From the sequence record DRR723986_3083: 37,633 nt of DNA; one strand, written 5' to 3'. Below the pieces are notes generated by a model. That model searched no databases. It saw only the letters and a list, made by a program, of their open reading frames with translations, and was not told where the DNA came from. Position numbers and translations under genes: made by a program. Shown here one piece after another: positions 27,529 to 36,598 of this stretch. Numbering within the stretch: position 1 is the stretch's first letter; each line of letters starts with the position of its first letter.

Positions 27529-29091
27529 ATGTCGTTCTTCCAGCTCACCCGGCGCCGGTTCCTGGCGTCCGCGTCTCTCGCGGTTCTGGCAGCACCAGCC
27601 CTTGCCGAGGACCTGCCGCCATCCAGAACGGCGGGAACCGAAGTTCCGCCTGGCCAGATCGACAAGGCGATCGCCGGGCTTGACGGGATCGTTGAAGACA
27701 TCAAGGCGCGCAGCAAGGTGCCGGGCCTAGCGGTTGCCGTCGTACACAAGGGAGAGACTGTCTACGCGAAAGGCTTCGGAACGCGGGGCGGCGAGGGCGA
27801 TCAACCGATTGACGCCGACACCGTTTTCCAGATGGCTTCCGTGTCCAAGTCGATCGGGGCAACAGTCGTTGCCCGGCAGGTCACGCGCGGCGTTGTTTCG
27901 TGGGACAGCAGGATGCGCGACCTGCTGCCATGGTTCAGCCTTGCCGATCCCGATATTACCGAACGTTTGACAGTGGGGGATCTCTACAGCCACCGTTCCG
28001 GCCTGCCGGACCATGCTGGTGACGATCTGGAAGACATCGGCTTTGACAGGCAGACGATCCTCGAACGTTTGCGCCTGCAGCCCCTGCGCGCCTTCCGCAC
28101 GAGCTACGCCTACACGAATTTCGGCCTGACCGCCGGCGCCGAGGCGGTTGCCGAAGCATCCGGGGCCGAATGGGCCGACCTTTCTGACGAGGCCCTGTTT
28201 CAGCCGCTTGGCATGACCAGGACCAGTGCGCGGTTCGATGATTTCATGGCACGGGAAAACCGCGCGGTGCCGCATGCCAGAAGCGGTGACGGTTTCGAGG
28301 CGCTGTACCAGCGGCAACCGGACGCCCAGTCGCCCGCCGGCGGGGTGAGTTCTTCTATCAACGATATGGCCAGATGGATGAAGATGGTTCTGGCCGATGG
28401 TGGGGAGCTTATTTCTCCCGAAGCCTTGCAGCCTGCAATCAGTCCGCAGAGCTTTTCCAGCCGTCCCCATACGCCTGACGAACGCGCCGGGTTCTACGGC
28501 TATGGTTTCAATGTCGGCACTGACCCGTCCGGTCGGGTAATCCTCAGCCATTCAGGTGCTTTCATCCTTGGTGCGTCGACCTATTTCCTGATGATCCCCT
28601 CGCTCGACATAGGCATTGTGGTCCTGTCGAATGCGGCTCCTGTCGGTGCCGTTGAATCCATCGGCGCATCCTTCTCCGACATGGTGCAGTTCGGGCGTGT
28701 GACCCGAGACTGGTTCTCCGGATACGAAGGCCTGTTCGCTTCCTTCTATACGCCTGCCGGCTTCACGGCCGGTGAACCTGCTCCTGCCGCTGCCGCACCT
28801 GCTCCTGCGGCTGGCTATTGCACGGGCCGTTACGGCCATCCCTACTTCGGCACGGTCGAGGTGCAAGAGGAGGACGGCGGGCTCGTCCTGCTTGCCGGTC
28901 CCCAGCCAATAAAGCTGCCGCTGCATGCCTGGGACGGGTCGATGATGGTGTTTGACATTGCGAACGAAAATGCCGTGGCGGGTTCGCGCTCGACGGTGAC
29001 TTTCTCAGGCGATGGCAAGGAAGCAAGCACCCTGGAAATCGAGCTCTTCGTGCTGAACGGACCTGCGCGGTTCGAAAGGCTTGCGCAATAG
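27529..29091 (+). CDS. Tat-exported serine hydrolase, beta-lactamase fold, with C-terminal DUF3471-like domain
   Basis: Tat signal 'TRRRFL...ALA'; SxxK 'ASVSK', 'SHRSGL', YxN 'YAYTN', 'HSG'; Pro/Ala linker, then 'GRYGHPYFG'. Confidence 0.9.
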   Translation: MSFFQLTRRRFLASASLAVLAAPALAEDLPPSRTAGTEVPPGQIDKAIAGLDGIVEDIKARSKVPGLAVAVVHKGETVYAKGFGTRGGEGDQPIDADTVFQMASVSKSIGATVVARQVTRGVVSWDSRMRDLLPWFSLADPDITERLTVGDLYSHRSGLPDHAGDDLEDIGFDRQTILERLRLQPLRAFRTSYAYTNFGLTAGAEAVAEASGAEWADLSDEALFQPLGMTRTSARFDDFMARENRAVPHARSGDGFEALYQRQPDAQSPAGGVSSSINDMARWMKMVLADGGELISPEALQPAISPQSFSSRPHTPDERAGFYGYGFNVGTDPSGRVILSHSGAFILGASTYFLMIPSLDIGIVVLSNAAPVGAVESIGASFSDMVQFGRVTRDWFSGYEGLFASFYTPAGFTAGEPAPAAAAPAPAAGYCTGRYGHPYFGTVEVQEEDGGLVLLAGPQPIKLPLHAWDGSMMVFDIANENAVAGSRSTVTFSGDGKEASTLEIELFVLNGPARFERLAQ

Positions 29092-29118
29092 AGTGAGCTG
29101 ATTCTGCGACGCACATTC

Positions 29119-29149
29119 AAACCCCGCAGGGACATCCTGCGGGGTTTTT
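29119..29149 (+). terminator. Rho-independent terminator
   Basis: AAACCCCGCAGG-GACAT-CCTGCGGGG-TTTTT. Confidence 0.88.
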
Positions 29150-29381
29150 GCTTTCGCACACCCTCAGCACCTGATCCGCAGAGAGAACAAGCAGAAGACG
29201 TCGGGATACTTGAGAGCTCCGGTGCTGAGGCAGCTTCCCGTCCGGGCAATTGGTCGCGCGATTTCGGATAGTTGCAATTGCACGTGCGTCTCCGGAAGAC
29301 ATTGCATACTGGAATATGCAATGCTCCGGGCCGGAGGATGGACCATGACAAAAGAACGGATGAAACTGCCGGGGAGGGGCT

Positions 29382-30770
29382 ATGAAGAGCGGTGTTTCCA
29401 AACGTCCTGAAGATGCAGATTCACAGCCGGAATTCGGTCCCTGGCTACCGCAGGCGTCGATCCTGATCGTCGACGACGAGCCTGGCATGCGCAATTTTCT
29501 GGTCCGCACGCTCGAGCCTTATTGCAAACGCATCGAGCAGGCCGCGGACACGGTCGAGGCGTCGGCGCTTCTTGATACCCACCATTATGACGTGGTGATC
29601 CTCGACAATATCATGCCAGGCAAATCCGGCGTGGAATGGCTTGGCGAACAGCGGCGGATCGGATTTTTCGCCGATGCGATCCTGATGACTGCCTATGCGG
29701 ATCTGGAAACCGCGATCCAGGCCTTGCGGGCAGGTGCCGTGGATTTCATCCTCAAGCCCTTTCGGTCCAACCAGCTGCTGAACGCGGTTGCCAGATGTCT
29801 CGACCGGGTCACGCTGCTTCGGGAAAACCAGCTGTTGCGCCACCAGTTGCAGGCAACATCCGACCATCTTCTTCTGCGTGACAAGCTGATCGGACATTCG
29901 CGTCAGATCGGCGAGATCCGCGAAACGATTTCCCGCGTCGCGCCACTGCTGACATCCGTTCTGATCACGGGGGAATCCGGGACCGGAAAGGAAGTTGCTG
30001 CCAGGTCGCTTCACGATCTTTCCGATCGGGCGGACAAGCCCTTCGTTCCGGTCAATTGCGCCGCCATTCCCGGAGACATGATCGAAGCTGAATTGTTCGG
30101 GCATCTCAAAGGCGCTTTCACCGGCGCCGGGTCCAGCCGCGACGGCCTGTTCATGCATGCGCATGGCGGTACGCTTTTTCTGGACGAGATCGGCGAACTG
30201 CCCATGGCACTGCAGAGCAAGTTGTTGCGGGCAATCGAAGACCGGAAAATTCGGCCGGTCGGGTCCGAGCGTGAAGTGCCTGTCGATCTGCGGTTCGTGT
30301 TTGCGACCAACGCAAATCTGGAGCAGGCCGTGGAGGAGGGCCGGTTCCGGGCAGACCTCTACTACCGGGTCAACGTGCTTCAGCTCGAAATGCCGCCGCT
30401 GCGCGAGCGTGGTGACGACATCCGTGAACTTGCCTCGCTGTTCATGCAGAAGCTGTCCGTGCAGCTTGGAATGCCGCCGGTACCGTTTACCGATGAAGTC
30501 GTCTCCGGACTGCTGGCTTATGAATGGCCGGGCAATGTTCGCGAACTGCGCAACACGATCGAACGAACCTTGATCCTTGGCCGCTTCCCGGCGGAGTTCC
30601 ACGGTACGCAGAGCCTGTTGCTGCCCGGCGGGGAAACGCTGCAGGACATGGAGAAGCGTCATATCCTGATGGTGCTCGAGGAAGCCGGTGGAAACCGTGC
30701 CGAAGCGGCGCGGCGGCTCGGCATCTCCCGCAAGACCATCGACAGGAAGCTGATGGACTGGAATGGCTGA
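29382..30770 (+). CDS. Sigma54-dependent (NtrC-type) response regulator
   Basis: Receiver 'IVDDE', 'ILDNIMPG', 'KPF'; AAA+ 'GESGTGKE', GAFTGA, 'LFLDEIGE', 'WPGNVREL'; Fis-type HTH 'GNRAEAARRLGISRKT'. Confidence 0.95.
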   Translation: MKSGVSKRPEDADSQPEFGPWLPQASILIVDDEPGMRNFLVRTLEPYCKRIEQAADTVEASALLDTHHYDVVILDNIMPGKSGVEWLGEQRRIGFFADAILMTAYADLETAIQALRAGAVDFILKPFRSNQLLNAVARCLDRVTLLRENQLLRHQLQATSDHLLLRDKLIGHSRQIGEIRETISRVAPLLTSVLITGESGTGKEVAARSLHDLSDRADKPFVPVNCAAIPGDMIEAELFGHLKGAFTGAGSSRDGLFMHAHGGTLFLDEIGELPMALQSKLLRAIEDRKIRPVGSEREVPVDLRFVFATNANLEQAVEEGRFRADLYYRVNVLQLEMPPLRERGDDIRELASLFMQKLSVQLGMPPVPFTDEVVSGLLAYEWPGNVRELRNTIERTLILGRFPAEFHGTQSLLLPGGETLQDMEKRHILMVLEEAGGNRAEAARRLGISRKTIDRKLMDWNG

Positions 30771-32784
30771 GGAGAGACGACGCCGGAAATCGGGAAGCCG
30801 CCTGTCCGTCAGGGTCAGACTACTGGCCATCGCCCTGTTGCCGACACTTGTGGTTCTGCCACTCTTTCTCGGCTGGGCGATGGTGCGCTGGAACGCGAAG
30901 TTCGATTCCCTGTTGATCACCAAGGTCAATGGCGACCTGACCATTGCCCATCAGTACTTTTCGAGGATCCTGGAAAATTCGGGTGAAAAGATCGATGCGC
31001 TGGGCCAGTCGGCCTCCTTTCGCGACGTTGCAGACAGTGGTGATGCCGCACTTCTGGCAGGGCTGCTGGAGCGGCGGCGTGAGGAACTGGGTCTCGATTT
31101 TCTGTATGTCGTGCGCAAGGACAGGACAGTTGAGGCGGCCTCTCCGCCAAGTGCCGTTCCGCCGGTCTCCAAGGACTGGCCGGTCATCGAACAGGCCTTT
31201 GCAGGTTCTGCCGCCACAAGCGTGGATATCTTCGAAGCCGGTGATCTGACGGCGATTTCTCCGGCACTAGCGGATCGGGCCCGGCTGGATCTCGTCCCGA
31301 CACCCAATGCGGTGCCGACCGAGAGGGCCGCGGAAACACGCGGCATGGTGGTTCACTCCGCAAGCCCGGTCACCGTGCCGGGTGCGCCCGTGGCAGCTCT
31401 GGTCGGTGGCATCCTGCTCAACCAGAACCTCGTCTTTATCGACACGATAAACGATCTCGTCTACCGCGAGGCGAGCCTTCCCGAAGGCAGTCAGGGCACC
31501 GCGACGCTGTTTCTGGAAGATGTCCGCGTCAGCACCAATGTCCGTCTGTTCGAAGACAAGCGCGCGCTTGGGACGAGGGTGTCCGCCGCCGTTCGTCAGA
31601 AGGTGCTGGGCGAGGGGCAGGTCTGGCTGGACAGCGCGTTCGTCGTCAACGACTGGTACATCTCGGCCTATGAACCGATCACCGACAGTTTCGGCGAGCG
31701 GGTGGGCATGCTTTATGTCGGCTTTCTGGAAACGCCGTTCCGGGAAGCCAAGCTGGCGACACTGGTCGCGCTGCTGTTGGGCTTTCTTGTCGTGACCGCT
31801 GGCAGCGTGCCGCTGTTCCTGAGGTGGGCTCGCGGCGTTTTCAAGCCACTGGAAAAGATGACGGACACCATTGCCAGCGTCGAAAAGGGAAACCTTGGCG
31901 CCCGCACGCGGTCCGAAGGCAGCGGTGACGAGATTGCGCGTGTCGCCCAGCATCTCGATCATCTGCTCGACCTGGTTCAGGAAAGCGACCGGCAGCTCAG
32001 GTCCTGGAACGAGGAGCTGAACACCCGCGTCGAGGAACGCACGCGCGACCTCAAGATGGCGAACAGGCAGCTGGAAGACACCACCAAGCAACTGATCATG
32101 TCGGAGAAGCTTGCCGCCATCGGCGAGATCACCGCCGGTGTTGCCCACGAGATCAACAATCCGATTGCAGTGATCCAGGGCAATCTGGAAGTGCTGCGCA
32201 TGCTGCTCGGTGATCATGCAAAGGTTGCCAGTACGGAAATCCGCCTGATCGACGAGCAGGTGGACCGGATCAACCAGATCGTCATGAAGCTGCTGCAGTT
32301 CGCCAAGCCGGACGAATATGCAGGCTATGCCGATCGGCACGCTCCGGACGAGGTGATTTCTGACTGTCTTCCGCTGGTCCGCCATCTCTTGCGCAAGACC
32401 GATATCGAGGTTGTCCGCGAGGCCACTGCCTGCCGTCTGGTGCTGATGAACCGGACGGAACTGCAGCAGGTGCTGATCAACCTCATCGTCAATGCCATCC
32501 ATGCCATGCCCGGCGGCGGCACGCTGACGATGAAAACCTGGGATATGAACAAGGAAGATCTCGCCGGAGTGTCGATCGAGATTTCGGACACCGGCGTCGG
32601 CATGAGCGCGGATGTTATCGCGCGAATATTCGACCCCTTCTACACGACGAAAAGCCGGCAGGGCACCGGATTGGGGCTTTCGATTACCCAGACGCTGGTC
32701 AGCCGTCAGGGCGGCGATATCAAGGTGGAAAGCATCGAAGGGACCGGGACCGTTTTCACAATCTGGTTGCCTGAAGGCGCTTGA
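30763..32784 (+). CDS. Membrane sensor histidine kinase (periplasmic Cache-like domain, HAMP)
   Basis: Two TM segments; 'ATLFLEDVRVSTNV...GTRVS...YISAYEPI'; HAMP 'DEIARVA'; H-box 'AHEINNP'; N, G1, F and G2 boxes; 8-bp overlap with the response regulator. Confidence 0.94.
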   Translation: MAEERRRRKSGSRLSVRVRLLAIALLPTLVVLPLFLGWAMVRWNAKFDSLLITKVNGDLTIAHQYFSRILENSGEKIDALGQSASFRDVADSGDAALLAGLLERRREELGLDFLYVVRKDRTVEAASPPSAVPPVSKDWPVIEQAFAGSAATSVDIFEAGDLTAISPALADRARLDLVPTPNAVPTERAAETRGMVVHSASPVTVPGAPVAALVGGILLNQNLVFIDTINDLVYREASLPEGSQGTATLFLEDVRVSTNVRLFEDKRALGTRVSAAVRQKVLGEGQVWLDSAFVVNDWYISAYEPITDSFGERVGMLYVGFLETPFREAKLATLVALLLGFLVVTAGSVPLFLRWARGVFKPLEKMTDTIASVEKGNLGARTRSEGSGDEIARVAQHLDHLLDLVQESDRQLRSWNEELNTRVEERTRDLKMANRQLEDTTKQLIMSEKLAAIGEITAGVAHEINNPIAVIQGNLEVLRMLLGDHAKVASTEIRLIDEQVDRINQIVMKLLQFAKPDEYAGYADRHAPDEVISDCLPLVRHLLRKTDIEVVREATACRLVLMNRTELQQVLINLIVNAIHAMPGGGTLTMKTWDMNKEDLAGVSIEISDTGVGMSADVIARIFDPFYTTKSRQGTGLGLSITQTLVSRQGGDIKVESIEGTGTVFTIWLPEGA

Positions 32785-32850
32785 CGTTGCGGGTGGGCTG
32801 CCCCTGAGTTGCGCCCGGCATCTAGGCCGTTTGGGCGATCAAGGGCTTCT

Positions 32851-32907
32851 GGACAGATTGTCCCAAACGGCCGGAAAACAACTTTTGAATGTGGACAAAA
32901 TGTCCAC
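32851..32907. promoter_or_regulatory. Putative upstream activator sites (GGACA-N3-TGTCC, two copies)
   Basis: GGACAGATTGTCC (32851-32863) and GTGGACAAAATGTCCAC (32891-32907). Confidence 0.65.
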
Positions 32908-32957
32908 TCGTCTTTCTGTCTGAAAATCTAACTGTCTGAAATTCAACAGAAAAGAAA

Positions 32958-32974
32958 CTGGCCCCGAACTTGCC
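32958..32974 (+). promoter_or_regulatory. Sigma54 -24/-12 promoter
   Basis: CTGGCCCCGAACTTGCC: GG (32960-61), 10 nt, GC (32972-73), with TTGC; adjacent to an enhancer-binding protein gene. Confidence 0.72.
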
Positions 32975-33187
32975 ATCAGCAAGGAGCTGCCGGAAGGCGC
33001 GGGACGGTGCAACCGTTCCTGCGTTGCGGACCTGAAGCGGGAGGCTTCGACAGGTCCGCGTCTGCCGGGAGCGGGGCATCCGGCTTTGTCTTGCCGGACC
33101 GGGGGAGACATGACAGGCCGGCCGCAAAGGGACCGGCACCTTCCCGGAGGAATGCCCGACAACCGTGCATGGGAGGAAAATAAGTGC

Positions 33188-34927
33188 ATGTTTGATCGGT
33201 TGAAAAAGGAACATATCGTCGCAGAGGACGGTTTTAACCGCTGGAAGGTTCCGCCAGCATCCATCGCCATCCATCTTTGTATCGGCTCCGTCTACGCCTG
33301 GAGCATCTTCAACCCGCCACTGATCAAACAGTTCGGGGTGGTTGCCGCAGCGCCGGAAGACTGGAGCCTGTCTTCGGTCGTCTGGATCTTTTCCGTTGCC
33401 ATCGTGTTTCTCGGGCTTGCGGCCGCCTTTGGTGGCAAGTGGCTTGAGGAAGTCGGTCCTCGTATGGTCGGCGTCGTTGCCGCCATTTGCTGGGGCGGCG
33501 GTTTTATTATCGGCGGCTTCGGCATCATGACGCACCAGCTCTGGCTGCTTTACCTCGGTTACGGCGTGATCGGCGGCTGCGGTCTGGGGCTTGGGTACGT
33601 ATCACCCGTTTCCACATTGATCCGGTGGTTCCCGGACCGGCGCGGCATGGCCACCGGCATGGCCATCATGGGCTTTGGCGGCGGAGCGATGATCGCAACG
33701 CCGATCAAGGAATATCTGCTCGGTCTATTCTACAAGGCGCCGGAGTACCTGGGCCCTGAAGGGTCTGTTGCCCTGATCACCGAAGGCGGCAAGCGCCTTG
33801 CGGAAGTCAACGGCCAGATGGTGGAAGTGGTTATCGCAGGCGCCAAGCAGGTGGCAGCAGCGCCCGTTGCGCTTCAGGAGGGGATCTATGTGGTCGGTAC
33901 CGGTAACACCGGGGCTGCAGGGACCTTCTTCACGCTCGGCATCGTCTATCTGGTCGTGATGATCATCGCGGCCTTCTCCTACCGGGTTCCGCGCGAAGGC
34001 TGGCGTCCGGCCGGCTGGACACCGCCAACTGCCGATGCTGCGTCCCGCAAGATGATCACCCACAACAACGTTCACATCGATCAGGCGCTCAAGACACCGC
34101 AGTTCTATCTGCTGTGGATCGTGCTCTGCTTCAACGTGACGGCGGGTATCGGCGTGATCGGCGTTGCCAAGACCATGATGACGGAAATCTTCGGCACCAC
34201 GTTGCCGTTGATCGTGAATTCGGCCTTTGCGGCAACCTATGTGTTCATGATCTCGGTCTTCAACATGGTCGGGCGGTTCTTCTGGGCTTCCACTTCGGAC
34301 TTCATCGGCCGCAAGAACACCTACCACTGCTTCTTCGTGCTCGGGATCATTCTTTACCTGTCGATTCCGTTTGCAGCAGAGCAGGTGAGCGTCAATCCGG
34401 CCGTCACCTGGCTCGTGATGTTCTATGCAGCCACCATGATCATCTTCACGATGTATGGCGGCGGCTTTGCGACCATCCCGGCGTATCTCGCCGATATCTT
34501 CGGCACGAAATATGTCGGTGGTATCCATGGGCGTCTGCTGACGGCGTGGAGTACAGCAGGCGTTCTGGGGCCGCTGGCGATCACCCAGCTGCGGAACATG
34601 TCCCTCAACAATGCGATCACGGATCTTGCCGCCAAGGTGGACCCGAGTGCCTTTGCCGAGAAATTCGGTGCAGGTGTCGATCAGCTCGACCAGCTGGTGG
34701 CCGCAAAGACGGTGACTGTTGCCCGGCTGATGGAAATCGCTCCGGCCGGCACGGTGGATCCCACACCGAGCCTCTACAACACCACCATGTATGCCATGGC
34801 AGGCTTGCTCGTGATCGCGTTGATCGCGAACTCGCTGGTGAAGCCGGTGCACGACAAGCATCACATGGAAGCCGGTGCCGACGGGACTAGCCCGGTTCCG
34901 GACGGTGCGGAGCCGGCGAAGGCCTGA
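33188..34927 (+). CDS. MFS transporter, oxalate:formate antiporter (OFA) family
   Basis: 'HLCIGSVYAWSIF', 'GLGLGYVSPVSTLIRWFPDRRGMATGMAIMGFGGGA', 'YGGGFATIPAY', 'IHGRLLTAWS'. ATG 33188 follows GGGAGG; an in-frame ATG at 33110 is an alternative start. Confidence 0.92.
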   Translation: MFDRLKKEHIVAEDGFNRWKVPPASIAIHLCIGSVYAWSIFNPPLIKQFGVVAAAPEDWSLSSVVWIFSVAIVFLGLAAAFGGKWLEEVGPRMVGVVAAICWGGGFIIGGFGIMTHQLWLLYLGYGVIGGCGLGLGYVSPVSTLIRWFPDRRGMATGMAIMGFGGGAMIATPIKEYLLGLFYKAPEYLGPEGSVALITEGGKRLAEVNGQMVEVVIAGAKQVAAAPVALQEGIYVVGTGNTGAAGTFFTLGIVYLVVMIIAAFSYRVPREGWRPAGWTPPTADAASRKMITHNNVHIDQALKTPQFYLLWIVLCFNVTAGIGVIGVAKTMMTEIFGTTLPLIVNSAFAATYVFMISVFNMVGRFFWASTSDFIGRKNTYHCFFVLGIILYLSIPFAAEQVSVNPAVTWLVMFYAATMIIFTMYGGGFATIPAYLADIFGTKYVGGIHGRLLTAWSTAGVLGPLAITQLRNMSLNNAITDLAAKVDPSAFAEKFGAGVDQLDQLVAAKTVTVARLMEIAPAGTVDPTPSLYNTTMYAMAGLLVIALIANSLVKPVHDKHHMEAGADGTSPVPDGAEPAKA

Positions 34928-34953
34928 TCAAGGCTTCTGCCGTCACGACCAAC

Positions 34954-34986
34954 AGGCCCGGAAGCTTCCGCTTCCGGGCCTTTTTT
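34954..34986 (+). terminator. Rho-independent terminator
   Basis: AGGCCCGGAAGC-TTCC-GCTTCCGGGCC-TTTTTT. Confidence 0.9.
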
Positions 34987-35466
34987 GTGTTCATATGCAT
35001 CACAAAGATGAGGGACTGGGGGTCAGATTTCGGCCCTGACTGGGGCGCTCCGTCAGTTTCCGGGGACGTTCATGGTGAGCGATTTCAAGTGGTCAGGTAC
35101 AGCACTTGCCAAGAAAAGATGTTTTCTCTCAATGGCTTGTGTTCTCTTATGCGTCTTTACTCGGCAATGTCTTATTTGAGGCGCTAGTTGAAATAAATTT
35201 CAGAAAAAGAAATAAATACCAAAACAGTTTGACGGCTTTCAGGGGCTGCCCTTATCCATGGTCTCGCTGGGATAAAAACCAGTGTTTGAAATTTCTTGCA
35301 GTTGGTGAGTCTCTTTGACAGGCTGACCTGCAAGACCGGGAGGAGCAGCGTCAGGCTCCCTGCGTTGAGAGGAACGCAGACTGGATGTCCTGACAATCTG
35401 AAATCGATCACCCATCGGGCATTCGACCGTTCGCGGTTGGCAGCCCCTTGGTCCAGGGAGGAAACC

Positions 35467-36483
35467 ATGGGCACTTCTATCTTCAAGGGAATTCTCGCGT
35501 CGACCATGCTGTCGGCTGCAGTTCTGACCGCAGCTCCGGCCGCGGCAGACGGTTTGAAATGCGAGCCGGGCGAAACCTACATCATGAACGTGATGGTTTC
35601 CGGCCATCCCTACTGGGTGCCGGTCTATCAAGGCTTCAAGCAGGCTGCGGCCGCATTCGGCTGCGAGACGATCTTCTCCGGCACGCCGGACTATGACATC
35701 ACCAAGCAGATCGCTTCCTTCGAGCAGGACATGGTCAAGCAGCCGGCTGGCGTCTTGCTGCACCCGATGCAGTCCGATCCGTTTATCGAGCCGATCGACC
35801 GGGCCGTCGACAACGGCACGCAGGTCGTGACCTTCGCGGCGGATTCTCCGAAGTCCAAGCGCAGTGCCTATATCACCTCAGACAACCTTGCCGAAGCCAA
35901 GTTTGCCGCCGAAGAAATCGTCAAGCAGGTTGGCGACAGCGCGGAATATGCGGTTCTCGAAAACCCGGGTCAGTCGAACCACGATCTGCGCGTGACCGCG
36001 CTGCTCGACTACATGGGAGAGCACTACCCGAACATGAAACTGGTCGGCCGCCAGGCGACCAACCAGGACAGTAATGCCGCCTACCGGGCAACGGCCTCTA
36101 TCCTTCAGGCCAACCCGAACCTTGCCGCTCTCTGGATCCCGGAAGCAGGCTCTGCGGAAGGAGCTGTTGCCGCGGTGCTGGAAGCGGAAGCGAAAGTGCT
36201 GATCATGCATGCCGATGTGACGCCGACCACTCTTGAGCACATCAAGGCCGGCAACATCCACATGGCGCTGAATCCGAACCAGGGCATGCAGGGGTTCATG
36301 GGCTTCATGGCCGTGTTCCTGGCGGCACATTCCGACGTGTTCGATCCGTTCAATGACTACAAGGTGTCCGGCTACAACCCGGTTCAGATCCCGTACGTCG
36401 ACAACGGCTTTGCCGTGATCACCAAGGAAAACGCCGACAGCTTCGACCTCAACGCCTACATGGAAGGCCGCGACCCGAGCTGA
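35467..36483 (+). CDS. Sugar ABC transporter substrate-binding protein (RbsB-like)
   Basis: Signal peptide ending AAA; '[11 protein letters not shown]', 'VVTFAADSP', 'YITSDN'; GGGAGG RBS before ATG 35467. Confidence 0.88.
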   Translation: MGTSIFKGILASTMLSAAVLTAAPAAADGLKCEPGETYIMNVMVSGHPYWVPVYQGFKQAAAAFGCETIFSGTPDYDITKQIASFEQDMVKQPAGVLLHPMQSDPFIEPIDRAVDNGTQVVTFAADSPKSKRSAYITSDNLAEAKFAAEEIVKQVGDSAEYAVLENPGQSNHDLRVTALLDYMGEHYPNMKLVGRQATNQDSNAAYRATASILQANPNLAALWIPEAGSAEGAVAAVLEAEAKVLIMHADVTPTTLEHIKAGNIHMALNPNQGMQGFMGFMAVFLAAHSDVFDPFNDYKVSGYNPVQIPYVDNGFAVITKENADSFDLNAYMEGRDPS

Positions 36484-36491
36484 TGAACAGA

Positions 36492-36562
36492 CCGGGGTTC
36501 CTGGAGAACCCCGGGTGATACGGCGGGCTGCCTGCAGTCGATGCAGCAGATCAGGCAGCCCG
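36492..36562 (+). other. Tandem stem-loops between SBP and ATPase genes
   Basis: CCGGGGTTC/GAACCCCGG (36492-36514) and CGGGCTGCCTG/CAGGCAGCCCG (36524-36562). Confidence 0.6.
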
Positions 36563-36598
36563 TTCCTTCTCCGGAATTGCGAGCAAATCGGCCCTGTC

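Noticed and set aside
28774-28812. Low-complexity CCTGCT/GCC repeats
   Set aside because: Encodes a Pro/Ala interdomain linker; not a repeat array or CRISPR.
24425-29091. Calling the two serine hydrolases antibiotic-resistance beta-lactamases
   Set aside because: SxxK/YxN with HTG/HSG motifs fit the broad DD-peptidase/esterase family; resistance cannot be inferred from fold.
29445-30944. 499-aa antisense ORF, and similar long ones at 1915-3198, 21402-22469, 31267-32502 and 33725-34864
   Set aside because: Shadow frames opposite well-supported genes, expected from GC-rich codon bias; no recognisable motifs.
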